NCBI GenBank assembly: GCA_021813945.1
Contig: JAKAJD010000003.1
Coordinates: 45,193 to 109,192, forward strand
Length of the DNA: 64,000 nucleotides
Direction of reading: 5' to 3'
Source: a bacterium
GTDB lineage: Bacteria > Patescibacteriota > Microgenomatia > Curtissbacterales > GWA2-41-24
In this document: in pieces, positions 18,857-28,207 of the stretch
Layout: every line of letters starts with the position of its first letter
Numbering within the stretch: position 1 is the first letter of the stretch
Program-made: the position numbers and the translations under genes
The notes under the pieces: model-generated
Databases searched by the model: none
What the model was told of the DNA's origin: nothing
What the model saw: the letters and a program-made list of their open reading frames with translations, nothing else

Positions 18857-19585
18857 ATGGCGCAAAGTAAGATAGCTGAACGCGAACCGCAACATCCAAG
18901 AAGCGGAAATTTTATCCGTGATATTGTCTTTGGGGCAAACGACGGGGTGGTAACGGCAATCGGGTTTGTTATTGGAATTGCCGCTTCTATTGCACACAGG
19001 GAAATAATTGTGGTTGCCGGAGTATTGGAAGTTGTTGCTGGTGCGGCTTCGATGGCACTCGGGAATTATTTGGCTGTTAAAAGCCAAAGAGAATATTACG
19101 AGGCGATGGAGCGGATCGAAAAGTGGGAGATGAAGAATAAGCCGGAAGTCGAGCGGGATGAAATAAGGGAAATTTACACTGATATGGGCTTTGAAAAGGA
19201 TCAGGTTGAGCTTTTGACTAAAAAGGTGACAAGTGATGACGCAATGTGGTTGGACGTGATGATGAGAGAGGAGCTGGGTTTAACAAAGCAAGAAGCCGGA
19301 AACCCGATAATGTCCGGAATCATAATCGGTTTCTTCTTTTTAGTAGGCGGGATGCTTGTGATTTTGCCATATATTTTTGTTTCACCTTTAACTTCTGCAC
19401 TTATTGCCTCATTTATAGTTGGAATTTTGGTTTTAGTGGGAATTGCTGTAATCCGCTGGTTTCTAAACAAAGGCAGTTTAGGCCAGAAGGTTGCTGAAAC
19501 CGTGATTATCGGTGTGGTTGCCGCATTAATTGGTTATGTGGCCGGTTTGGTTTTGAAGCTTTTTGGGTTTAATATTACACTGTAA
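18857..19585 (+). CDS. VIT1/CCC1 family iron/manganese transporter
   Basis: 242 aa. 'GANDGVVTAIGFVIG' VIT signature, an acidic central cytoplasmic loop and 5 TM helices. Confidence 0.75.
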   Translation: MAQSKIAEREPQHPRSGNFIRDIVFGANDGVVTAIGFVIGIAASIAHREIIVVAGVLEVVAGAASMALGNYLAVKSQREYYEAMERIEKWEMKNKPEVERDEIREIYTDMGFEKDQVELLTKKVTSDDAMWLDVMMREELGLTKQEAGNPIMSGIIIGFFFLVGGMLVILPYIFVSPLTSALIASFIVGILVLVGIAVIRWFLNKGSLGQKVAETVIIGVVAALIGYVAGLVLKLFGFNITL

Positions 19586-19594
19586 ATTATTAAA

Positions 19595-20878
19595 GTGAAA
19601 AAGGTTAATTTTCTCATCATTGGTGGCTCAGCTGCTGGGACAACGGCTGCTGATGCAATCCGGAATTTGCTACCTGAGGCCTCAATTGCGATTGTTACTG
19701 ACGAAGACCACGAACAATATTCCAGGGTGCTTCTTCCAAATTATATCCGTCACCAAATTACCCGAGAGCAGATGTTTCTTAAAAAACCGGAATGGTATAG
19801 CGAGCGCAAGATAGAGCTAATTCGAGGGGTTAAGGCAGTCGGATTAGCGTCTAAGAGTAAGAGAGTAAAAGTATCAGACGGAAATGAAATTGAATACGGC
19901 AAGCTTTTGATTTGTGTAGGGGGTTACGTTGTGCCGCTTAATGTCCCTGGAGCAGATGCCGAAGGGGTTTTTTACATGAGAACTGTAGAGGACGGGGATG
20001 AAATTATCGAAAAATCAAAAGACGCAAAAAAAGCAGTTATTATCGGGGGTGGTTTTGTAGGGTTGGAGTTTTCTTCATGCTTTAAGATGAACGGAATTGA
20101 AGAAGTTACAACTCTGGTAAGAGGGGATTATTATTGGTCGAAAAAGTTGGATGAGGAATCCAGCAAGGTAGTGGTTTCAACTCTTTCTAAAAATGGGGTT
20201 AGTGTTAAAACCGATGAGGATGCGGACCATATAGAGACAAAAGACGGAAAAGTTAAGGCAGTTGTCACAAAATCGGGGAACAGGTACGAAGCGGATGTTA
20301 TTGGTGTTGGGATTGGCATAAAGAGCGATTTTTCGTGGCTTGCGGATTCGGGAATTGAGATTAAAGCGGGTATCGACACAAACGAATATTTAGAGACAAA
20401 TTTGCCGGACGTTTACGCGGCTGGTGATTGCGCAGAATTTTACGACCCGGTTTTCGAGCGAAAACATTTGGTTGGAAACTGGACGAACGCGACAAGCCAA
20501 GGGTCAACAGTTGGCAAAACTATGGCCCATTCGGCAAGCTCAGGGCAAGCCGGTCAACGGACGAAATTCGAAACAGCATCTTCCTACTCAATTAACTTCT
20601 TTTCGCCGCCTGAAAACGGCACTTGTTCTTTTATTGGTGTTACCGATGAAGATTTTGCGGATAAGATTTTAGTGAGAGGTTCATTTAATGAAGGAAAAGT
20701 TACAAAGATACTTATTAAAAAATATAATGGAATATCAAGAATTGTTGGGGCGACAGTTGTAAATCACCCTCCGGATGTGGGTCCGATTACAATGGCTGTT
20801 AAAAACAGGGTAGATATTGCATCTAAACTTTTGGATTTAGAAAAGCCTGACTTTGACCTAAAGCTGCTTGTTGCCTGA
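19595..20878 (+). CDS. FAD-dependent pyridine nucleotide-disulfide oxidoreductase (NADH oxidase/ferredoxin reductase-like)
   Basis: 427 aa. N-terminal 'FLIIGGSAAGTTAA' FAD fold, a second Rossmann 'AVIIGGGFVGLE', 'AAGDCA' and a C-terminal dimerisation-like domain. Confidence 0.75.
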   Translation: MKKVNFLIIGGSAAGTTAADAIRNLLPEASIAIVTDEDHEQYSRVLLPNYIRHQITREQMFLKKPEWYSERKIELIRGVKAVGLASKSKRVKVSDGNEIEYGKLLICVGGYVVPLNVPGADAEGVFYMRTVEDGDEIIEKSKDAKKAVIIGGGFVGLEFSSCFKMNGIEEVTTLVRGDYYWSKKLDEESSKVVVSTLSKNGVSVKTDEDADHIETKDGKVKAVVTKSGNRYEADVIGVGIGIKSDFSWLADSGIEIKAGIDTNEYLETNLPDVYAAGDCAEFYDPVFERKHLVGNWTNATSQGSTVGKTMAHSASSGQAGQRTKFETASSYSINFFSPPENGTCSFIGVTDEDFADKILVRGSFNEGKVTKILIKKYNGISRIVGATVVNHPPDVGPITMAVKNRVDIASKLLDLEKPDFDLKLLVA

Positions 20879-20903
20879 GGTTTGTGAGGTGTATATTTAA
20901 ATT

Positions 20904-21521
20904 GTGGACTACCTCGTATTTAGTAGTATTTCAACTTTGATTTGGCTCGGTTTTTGGGGTCTTATAGTTTATATCATTTGGGTTTTTGTGAGAAACAGTA
21001 TCCCGGCCCTTAAGGGTATTGGGCCAGAGGATCTTTCTCCACTATCTTTAATTTTGACGGTTTTTTTAGTTTTAGCAGTTCTGTTTCTTTTTGAGCAGGC
21101 CTGGAATGATTTAGGAAATTTGGCAGGGGGAGACAAGTACGTATACGATTCTACGGTTGAGCTGTCGCGGCTTCTTATCCGTACTGTTTTTGTAGGGCCA
21201 GCGACATTTATTGCGCTTCTTTTGTATTTTTCCCTAAAGGGTAAGGGAACGAGGTATGGGGTAATAACTTTACCTTACTTTATAACATCGCTGATTTTTC
21301 TAATAAGGCTACTTTTTGACGCAGGACGGTTTGTGCTTTCCGAATATAGAGTCATCGGAATCTATATAGTTTTGATATTTATTATTATTGTGATTTCGGG
21401 GCTGATCTTTTTTATCCAGAAGCAGTACGAAGAATATAAGAGACAAGAATCTAACATTCAAAAAGGATTGAATGAGGCTCAGAACAAAGATAAGCTTAAA
21501 CAGAGCCTTCCTCAAGTCTAA
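20904..21521 (+). CDS. Hypothetical membrane protein (4-5 TM)
   Basis: 205 aa, hydrophobic, with a Lys/Gln-rich C-terminus. Confidence 0.45.
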   Translation: MDYLVFSSISTLIWLGFWGLIVYIIWVFVRNSIPALKGIGPEDLSPLSLILTVFLVLAVLFLFEQAWNDLGNLAGGDKYVYDSTVELSRLLIRTVFVGPATFIALLLYFSLKGKGTRYGVITLPYFITSLIFLIRLLFDAGRFVLSEYRVIGIYIVLIFIIIVISGLIFFIQKQYEEYKRQESNIQKGLNEAQNKDKLKQSLPQV

Positions 21522-21576
21522 TTTGCAGTAAATCATCAATGGATGTAAGATTTTAGGTGATTCTTATCCCTTTCTC

Positions 21577-22071
21577 ATGAAAGTTTACATTGCTTCCGAT
21601 CATGCAGGCTTTTATCTAAAAAAACAGTTGATCCAATATTTAGATATTAAAGGATACGAAGTGGAAGACTGTGGTGCATATGAGCTTGACAAGACAGATG
21701 ATTTTCCGGATTTTGTGATTCCATGTGCCCAAAAAGTTGCAGCGGATAAGGACTCTCTAGGGATAGTAATTGGAGGATCTGGTCAGGCTGAGCAAATTGC
21801 GGCAAATAAGGTTAAAGGTATCCGTGCGGCATTGTTTTACGGCCCGGTAAGGCCTAAGGAAGCTGCCGATATTTCAGGAAGGCAAAGTTCTAATCCATAC
21901 GAGATAGCTCATCTTGCAAGGCTTCACAACAATGCCAATATTCTTTCACTAGGTGCCCGGTTTCAGAGTGCGGACGATGCAAAAGCAGCTGTAACACTTT
22001 TTCTGGAAACTGAGTATGAAGGTGGAAGGCATGACGCACGGCTTGCCAAAATCGCAAAGTTGGAAAAATGA
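21577..22071 (+). CDS. rpiB: Ribose-5-phosphate isomerase B
   Basis: 164 aa. 'MKVYIASDHAGFYLKKQL' and 'GIVIGGSGQAEQIAANK' motifs of the RpiB/LacAB family. Confidence 0.85.
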   Translation: MKVYIASDHAGFYLKKQLIQYLDIKGYEVEDCGAYELDKTDDFPDFVIPCAQKVAADKDSLGIVIGGSGQAEQIAANKVKGIRAALFYGPVRPKEAADISGRQSSNPYEIAHLARLHNNANILSLGARFQSADDAKAAVTLFLETEYEGGRHDARLAKIAKLEK

Positions 22072-22439
22072 ATTTCAAATCATTAAATTTTTATCTGAAG
22101 GCCAACTTAGTATTTATTTTTGTTTTTTTAAATCTTTGGGATTTTGCGATAAACAGGATAATTTTTAACGGAATGATAACCGGTATTTTTATGTTCGGTT
22201 TGATTACCTTTTTGTGGCTTTTTACCTCAATACGAGCTGCGAGTTTAATAACCCTTATTTCAATTTTGGAATTCGGAGTGATGCTGGTGTTTGTCGGAGA
22301 AGGTTTGGTGTTAGGCGGTACTACTTTCAGTTTAAAATCAGCATTCTTTTTGCCTTTTCTTGTCTGGTCGGGTGTAAATACTTATTGGGGTCTTAAGAAA
22401 TATTACCTATTTAAGGAAAAGAAAGACCCAAAATTTTAA
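22068..22439 (+). CDS. Hypothetical small membrane protein
   Basis: 123 aa, 3-4 TM. ATGA overlap with rpiB. Confidence 0.4.
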   Translation: MNFKSLNFYLKANLVFIFVFLNLWDFAINRIIFNGMITGIFMFGLITFLWLFTSIRAASLITLISILEFGVMLVFVGEGLVLGGTTFSLKSAFFLPFLVWSGVNTYWGLKKYYLFKEKKDPKF

Positions 22440-23335
22440 GCTGCATCTGCGTATTCCAGGCCAAATGGCATTGGGAGTTTAGCCTTTTTTACTTCCATCT
22501 GAATAGCGTTTTTGAGTAATTTAAAAATAACGTCATGTTGCGCAGTTTGACGTGTTGGCGTGTTGTTAAGACTTTGAATGTCCTCCCAAAAGCGGGTGAA
22601 GGTTTGAGAGTTAAACGATCCTTCCGTACCGTAGACTTCGGCCAGGAGTTTTCTGGAGTGGGGATCCAGGTATAGTCCCAAAATGCCCCTTTCGAGTTTT
22701 TCGTGGTTGAGGGCGGCTTGGCGAAGATATGAAACCATGCGAACAAATCTGCCGTCATCTTCATGCAAAATAGCTTGAATTAAGCGAGCAGATTCCTGCA
22801 TTAACCTGATTTCGATTTGTTTTTTTGGATCTTGCCAGTAGTTGTTAATCTCTTCTACCGCATCGGCGCTTAGATGGGTTACCAACCCAGTGTTGACATC
22901 TTCCGATTGGGGTAGAGGAGGGCCGCCCGCGACTTTCTGATGGATCATTCTTAAAACACCATCGATGTCGCTTTCCCACAGTTGGGGAAGCCTTTCCAGC
23001 CGAACAACCATGCTTGGTCTTGCGCCCATTTCTTCAAGTTCTCTAGACCCTTCACTGAACTTCATTATGCGGTTTGCGTCATGGCTTGCGTTCATTTCAG
23101 CAGCAAGTTCGTCGACTTGCTCTTGTGAAAGACTGGAAGTCCTTAGGGCTTGGAAATCAGCTGGAGGATCAGTTATCACGGAACAAGCTACATACAAACG
23201 GATAACCCGCATTTTTTGAGGGAAATATTGGTTACCCTCGAGGTGCGCCCTGAAGTATGAATCTTTAACTATGAAAGGATTTTCCGGAATATAAGGAGGA
23301 AAGCTAAGAGAACTTTCATTCATGGGAACGTTCAT
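22436..23335 (-). CDS. Hypothetical protein (299 aa)
   Basis: Long ORF with coding-like composition, no recognisable motif. Divergent from the histidine kinase. Confidence 0.45.
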   Translation of the reverse strand: MNVPMNESSLSFPPYIPENPFIVKDSYFRAHLEGNQYFPQKMRVIRLYVACSVITDPPADFQALRTSSLSQEQVDELAAEMNASHDANRIMKFSEGSRELEEMGARPSMVVRLERLPQLWESDIDGVLRMIHQKVAGGPPLPQSEDVNTGLVTHLSADAVEEINNYWQDPKKQIEIRLMQESARLIQAILHEDDGRFVRMVSYLRQAALNHEKLERGILGLYLDPHSRKLLAEVYGTEGSFNSQTFTRFWEDIQSLNNTPTRQTAQHDVIFKLLKNAIQMEVKKAKLPMPFGLEYADAA

Positions 23336-23400
23336 TCTACCACACTTATCGAAGTCTGTTTTTTGACTTTTGTTTGTAAGGCTAATCTATTTGTAGTATT

Positions 23401-24624
23401 ATGACACTTCGATTTGGAAATATGAAAATAGTTTTAGTTGATAAACATGACAATATAGGCAATGAATTATTTCTACAGAATTTATACAAATCTACACTGC
23501 ACTTTTTAAATCCGCGTACCGTCGAGGAAACATACCATATTATTGGGAATGAGGCGATTAGGCTTTTTGAATGCCAATACGCTTCGATTTTTGTCAAGGA
23601 CGGTAGAAAGTTAGAACGGGTTTGGGATAGTTCCGAGAAGATGTTTAGAGTAAGCGAGGACAAACGTCGCTTTGCAGCGAAATCTTTGAAGGCGGGGGAG
23701 CCTGCAGTCATTAGTGCTTCGAAACTTATTGCTCTTCATCCAAATATATTAGATTGGGGGATAAAATCGGTGATTTTTGTACCACTTTACTACCGGGGAT
23801 CAAGAATGGGCTATATAGCACTGGATTCTCTGTCGGAAGTTAAAAAACTTAGTAAAAATCAGCGCAGCAGTTTAAAGATTTTCGGGTCTTTTGCGATGAT
23901 GGCTATAAGAAAAGCCCAGCTTCACAACCAACTGGAAGATTCCTTAAATACCCGTGATCTTTTTATCTCTATGGCTTCCCATGAGCTAAAATCCCCTTTG
24001 ACGACAATTAATTCATATTCGCAGCTTATTGAACGTACCGTTGCTTTGGGTAAAAAACCCGAGTACCGATGGTCTAAAGTCCTAAGGGATGAAACAGTAA
24101 GGCTTGTTCACATGTTCGACGAACTTTTGCAACTGGATTCAATAAAAGCGGGTAAACTGCAATATACTTGGAGGATTTTTGACCTGGATGAGGTTATTAA
24201 GAGGGCGATTACTAATTTTAAGGTGGGGTTTCCACAAAGGCTTTTAATTTATGAGAATAAGCTGAAAAAGCATTCCGGAGAGGTGATGGGTGATTTCGAT
24301 AAGCTTCTACAGGCATTTTTGAATGTTTTTAACAATGCAGCAAAATTTTCGGAGAGGGAAATAAAGGTGCGTCTTTATTCAACAAAGCCTTATTATGTTA
24401 TAACAGTAGAAGATTTTGGAGTTGGAATCCCTAATTCGGACTCAAAGCACATTTTCCGAGGCTTTTATAAAGGCAAAAATTCACATAGACAGGGAATTGG
24501 GCTGGGTCTATTTTTAACTAAATCTATTGTAGAAATGCACAGAGGTAAGTTAGAAGCGGTTTCTGATTCAATCAGCACAAAGGTAAATTTTTACTTGCCA
24601 AAAATGCATTCGAAGAAAGTTTAG
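23401..24624 (+). CDS. Cytoplasmic sensor histidine kinase (GAF-like, HisKA, HATPase)
   Basis: 407 aa. H-box 'SHELKSPLTTIN', N-box 'NNAAKFS', and G-boxes 'DFGVGIP' and 'GIGLGLFL'. No TM segment. Confidence 0.85.
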   Translation: MTLRFGNMKIVLVDKHDNIGNELFLQNLYKSTLHFLNPRTVEETYHIIGNEAIRLFECQYASIFVKDGRKLERVWDSSEKMFRVSEDKRRFAAKSLKAGEPAVISASKLIALHPNILDWGIKSVIFVPLYYRGSRMGYIALDSLSEVKKLSKNQRSSLKIFGSFAMMAIRKAQLHNQLEDSLNTRDLFISMASHELKSPLTTINSYSQLIERTVALGKKPEYRWSKVLRDETVRLVHMFDELLQLDSIKAGKLQYTWRIFDLDEVIKRAITNFKVGFPQRLLIYENKLKKHSGEVMGDFDKLLQAFLNVFNNAAKFSEREIKVRLYSTKPYYVITVEDFGVGIPNSDSKHIFRGFYKGKNSHRQGIGLGLFLTKSIVEMHRGKLEAVSDSISTKVNFYLPKMHSKKV

Positions 24625-24821
24625 ATTTTTTGGACACTATGGATAAAGTATTTTTCAAGTAAGTTTTCTTCGTATTTTCGAACGTGTGTATTTGGCTTAT
24701 ATGGGTGGAAAAACTTATTGTCTCCTATTGTTATGAGTTTCCTGTAGGCTACTGATTTGGATTTACTTTTATTTTTCATTTAGAATATTGGGCAAAATTT
24801 CCGCGTGCACGCGAATTATCG

Positions 24822-24920
24822 TTTAGTTAGTAAGACATTTGTCCTTGGTCTTCCTGTTTGGATTTTGATCCGTCATCTTGAGACCCAGACCTTTTCTTAC
24901 TTCTGCCTCTTCTGCTTGCC
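24822..24920 (-). CDS. Possible unannotated small basic hydrophilic protein (32 aa)
   Basis: Strong RBS AAGGAAAGGAGG 6-8 nt upstream of the ATG at 24920, directly downstream of glsB on the same strand. Sequence MASRRGRSKKRSGSQDDGSKSKQEDQGQMSY. Confidence 0.25.
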
Positions 24921-24936
24921 ATTTTACCTCCTTTCC

Positions 24937-25188
24937 TTAGGTTCTCCTTAAGTATCTTCCTAAAAATAGTAATAAGATCGACCCCCCGATTGCGATAACC
25001 AGCGAGGGCAAATTAAAGCCGCTTACATTTTGACCAAAAAACATGCTTGCTATTAGCCCACCTACAACAGCGCCTGCTACACCTAGAAGTATGGCACCTA
25101 ATATGCCGCCTCTTGATGAATCAGGAAAAATTATGTTTGCTGCTGCTCCGACTATGAGGCCAAATATGGTCCAAGTAATGATGTTCAT
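24937..25188 (-). CDS. GlsB/YeaQ/YmgE family stress-response membrane protein
   Basis: 83 aa. 'WTIFGLIVGAAANII...GGILGAILLGVAGAVVGGLIA' is the characteristic Gly-zipper TM repeat of this family. Confidence 0.8.
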   Translation of the reverse strand: MNIITWTIFGLIVGAAANIIFPDSSRGGILGAILLGVAGAVVGGLIASMFFGQNVSGFNLPSLVIAIGGSILLLFLGRYLRRT

Positions 25189-25450
25189 GTTTCAGTGGGA
25201 ATGTTAAACCCTGGGTGTCAAAATAAAACGTTATTGACGTAAGAAAAAAGTAAGAACGTTTTTAGCTTTGACAACCTTTTCATTGCTGTTATATTCGCTC
25301 GCTGAATACTTCGGCAAATTGGGAATGAAGCGAGAGAATACATACTTACGAGGTGACTTGTATAAAACTCGCTCATGTAAACTTCCTCGAAGATAAATCA
25401 GCCTGAGGTAGCCTTTTAGTTCTCGGAAGTTTATAATCTCCTTTACTGAA

Positions 25451-26119
25451 ATGAATGCAAGTATAGTTGTTGTTGAAGATGATGAGAACCAGCGTGAAGT
25501 TTTAGTAAAGCTTCTTATTGATGACGGTTTTTCTGTGAATTCCGTCGGAACAGGTGCGGAGGCCATTAAGCTTTTGGAAAAGTTCAGGCCGGATATTATG
25601 CTTTTGGATTTGGGTTTGCCGGATATTTCAGGTGAAACTGTGCTTTCCACATCTAGAAAAATGTACCCGGAGCTGCCAGTCATTATACTAACTGCTAAAG
25701 GAACATCCGCAGATGTTGTCAGCGGCTTTAATTTGGGAGCTGACGATTACGTCTCAAAGCCTTACAACATTGACGAAATATTAGCCCGAATTAAGGCTCG
25801 TCTTAATCGCTTAAAAACTTCTGATAAGCTGGTTGTTTCTGATTTAGAAATAGATGAGCGAACTTTTGAGGTTAGAAGAGCCGGAAAGAAAATTACACTA
25901 ACTCCTAAAGAGTTCAAACTATTGGAATATTTAATGGTTAACAAGGGTCAGGTTTTATCAAGAGACATGATTTTGTCTCGCGTTTGGATGTACTCTCCAG
26001 ATATGGAAACAAGGGCGGTTGATGTTTATATTGGTTATTTAAGAAGAAAGATTGATAAAGGGTTCAAAAAGGAGTTAATTCACTCGGTGCGTGGTTATGG
26101 TTATATGCTGAGGGGTTAA
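25451..26119 (+). CDS. OmpR-family response regulator
   Basis: 222 aa. Receiver domain (acidic pocket DD, phospho-Asp in 'MLLDLGLPD', 'ILTAKG') plus winged-helix 'LTPKEFKLLEYL...VRGYGY'. Confidence 0.9.
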   Translation: MNASIVVVEDDENQREVLVKLLIDDGFSVNSVGTGAEAIKLLEKFRPDIMLLDLGLPDISGETVLSTSRKMYPELPVIILTAKGTSADVVSGFNLGADDYVSKPYNIDEILARIKARLNRLKTSDKLVVSDLEIDERTFEVRRAGKKITLTPKEFKLLEYLMVNKGQVLSRDMILSRVWMYSPDMETRAVDVYIGYLRRKIDKGFKKELIHSVRGYGYMLRG

Positions 26120-26292
26120 GGGGCTCTCGGAACCTTTACACCTTTCTCGCGGGCCTCTGAAAGTCCAATTGCGACTGCTTGTTTTTTGCTTTTAACTTTT
26201 ATTCCGCTTTTTCCGCTTTTAAGTTGTCCGCGTTTATATTTATGCATCGCTTTGGCGACTGCGTTTTGAGCTTTTTTACCGTATTTTGCCAT
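26116..26292 (-). CDS. Small KGG/stress-type protein (DUF6496-like); start set at the internal MAKYGKK
   Basis: 'MAKYGKKAQNAVAKAMHKYKRGQLKSGKSGIKVKSKKQAVAIGLSEAREKG' resembles the conserved small bacterial DUF6496 proteins (memory-based). Confidence 0.5.
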   Translation of the reverse strand: MAKYGKKAQNAVAKAMHKYKRGQLKSGKSGIKVKSKKQAVAIGLSEAREKGVKVPRAP

Positions 26293-26296
26293 ATTA

Positions 26297-26683
26297 TTAA
26301 TGTGTGTGTGTATGTATTTCTCTGCGATGTCCGTGGTAAAGGCGGTCATCTTCGGGTTCCACTTGAGGTTCCGTCGTTAGAACATGGATTAGATACATTA
26401 CAATAAGCCCTAGAACTAGATATGCTAGAGTCGAAAATATTGCTGGTATGTCCAATATGCCGGTTGATGTAGATTGTGGTCTGAAAATGCCGATGAAAGG
26501 TTTCATCAGAAACCCACTTATTGTATAGGTCCAAGAAACAAACGGAGTAAGCGGGTTTGCGGAAAAAAGTCTAAATAAAATTCTGGCGACTAAGAAAAAT
26601 ACGATTATAAGAAGAACCGTATTTGTTATATTTAAAAGTGTATTTCTTATTTCAGTTCGCATAAATGGCTCCTTAGATAACAT
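26297..26683 (-). CDS. YggT-like small membrane protein with C-terminal (HT)n tail
   Basis: 128 aa, 2-3 TM. Ends RREIHTHTH, encoded by a (TG)n dinucleotide tract. Confidence 0.4.
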   Translation of the reverse strand: MLSKEPFMRTEIRNTLLNITNTVLLIIVFFLVARILFRLFSANPLTPFVSWTYTISGFLMKPFIGIFRPQSTSTGILDIPAIFSTLAYLVLGLIVMYLIHVLTTEPQVEPEDDRLYHGHRREIHTHTH

Positions 26684-26824
26684 CTGATGTCATCAGTTTA
26701 AAAATCTGATAAGGCAAACTTTTTTTTACTATATTGATAAGGGAAAAAGGTTTCATACTAACAGGGCAGATTTTAGATTTTTGGCTTAAAAATAAAATGC
26801 AAATTATGTAATAATTTAGTAAGG

Positions 26825-27688
26825 ATGACTGCTCGTGACTGGTTTGAAAAAGCCCAGAAGGAAAATTTCGCAATTGGGGCTTTTAACGTTGATAATTTAG
26901 AAATTTTTAAAGGAATAATAACTGCTGCAAAGAACAAGAATTCACCGGTCATGGTCGAATTTTCTCCGGGTGAAGCTGGTTATTTCGGATTAAAAAACCT
27001 TGTTGATATGGTTGTTAATGCCCGTGAGGAATATAAAATTCCGATACTTCTCAACCTTGACCATAGCAAAACGGTCCAGGATTGCCGGGCCGCAATTGCT
27101 CAGCCTGGATTTGACGATGTTCATTTTGATGGGTCTCATCTTGATGTGGAAGAGAACATAAAGGGTGCTAAGGAAGTGGTTGCTCTAGCTCATGCAAAGG
27201 GAATTATTGTTGAAGGAGAACTTGATAAACTTGGAGGCTCTAGTGAGGTTCACGATGAAGAGATCGACGAAGCCGTCTTAAGACAAAGTTATAGTGATCC
27301 CAAGCGTGCCTTGAGATTTGTCTCAGAGAGTGGGATAGATATTTTTGCCGCGGTTTTTGGAAATATTCATGGTACTTTTCCGACACAGCCGGATTTAGAT
27401 ATTGCTCTTTTAACACAAATTAAAGGAGCCTTGCCGGATACTTTTTTGTCGCTACACGGTGGGTCGGGTATTCCGGCGGTACAGGTGCAGTCGGCGATTA
27501 AAGCCGGTATTGTAAAAGTTAACATTAACACAGAACTTAGAATTGCTTATCGCGATGCTCTTGTCGAAAAGCTCGGTGAAAATCCTAAAGAATACAAGAT
27601 TTACAGCTTTTCAGAAGAGATCGCTATGGCGGTTTCGGCAGTTGTGGAAAATAAAATAGAAGTCTTTGGTTCTTCGGGTAAAGCTTAG
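26825..27688 (+). CDS. fba: Class II fructose-bisphosphate aldolase
   Basis: 287 aa. 'FAIGAFNVDNLE', 'LDHSKT' and 'HGGSGIP' metal/substrate motifs of class II FBA and tagatose-bisphosphate aldolase. Confidence 0.85.
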   Translation: MTARDWFEKAQKENFAIGAFNVDNLEIFKGIITAAKNKNSPVMVEFSPGEAGYFGLKNLVDMVVNAREEYKIPILLNLDHSKTVQDCRAAIAQPGFDDVHFDGSHLDVEENIKGAKEVVALAHAKGIIVEGELDKLGGSSEVHDEEIDEAVLRQSYSDPKRALRFVSESGIDIFAAVFGNIHGTFPTQPDLDIALLTQIKGALPDTFLSLHGGSGIPAVQVQSAIKAGIVKVNINTELRIAYRDALVEKLGENPKEYKIYSFSEEIAMAVSAVVENKIEVFGSSGKA

Positions 27689-27735
27689 CTTCATAACTTG
27701 ACGATATAATTTTGTTTCTGTTAAAGTGATTTTTC

Positions 27736-28158
27736 ATGCGAGAGGGGGTGAATCATCTGAAAATCCAAAAATTTATAATACTTTCGGCAATTGGCGCAAG
27801 CGCATTGGTGCTTGCTGCTTGCACCAAAACATCTGCTCCAAGTAGCGCTTCAAACCAGGCACCGGCAGTAAGTTCAAGCACGCCACAAGTCGGGAACCAA
27901 ATAACATACACTGATTCGGGTTTTTCTCCAAACCCAATTAATGTTAAGGTTGGTGAGGCAGTGACATTTAAGAATGCTTCAAACAATGTCGTCCAGGTTA
28001 ATTCTGCTCCTCATCCAGCACATAATTTGTTTCCAATGTTGAATATTGGGGCAATCAACCCTGGGGAAAGCAAAAGCGTCACATTTACGGCAGCAGGAAC
28101 TTATAAATACCATAATCATCTTAACGCTTCCCAAAACGGGCAAATTATTGTCCAGTAG
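27736..28158 (+). CDS. Lipoprotein with cupredoxin-like domain
   Basis: 140 aa. Lipobox 'VLAAC', then a beta-rich domain 'VKVGEAVTFKNASNNVVQVNS...HPAHN...GTYKYHNHLN' with cupredoxin-like spacing. Confidence 0.45.
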   Translation: MREGVNHLKIQKFIILSAIGASALVLAACTKTSAPSSASNQAPAVSSSTPQVGNQITYTDSGFSPNPINVKVGEAVTFKNASNNVVQVNSAPHPAHNLFPMLNIGAINPGESKSVTFTAAGTYKYHNHLNASQNGQIIVQ

Positions 28159-28207
28159 CGGTTTGATGTAATTGACAATTGCAAGTTAAAGGTGTTCTAA
28201 TTTTTGC

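Noticed and set aside
18479-19087. 202-aa minus-strand ORF antisense to the ferredoxin and VIT1 genes, plus similar antisense ORFs elsewhere (2234-2578, 36528-36839, 49451-50236, 61699-62223)
   Set aside because: They fully overlap well-supported genes on the other strand. They have low-complexity or Cys/Arg-rich unnatural composition. They are typical shadow ORFs.
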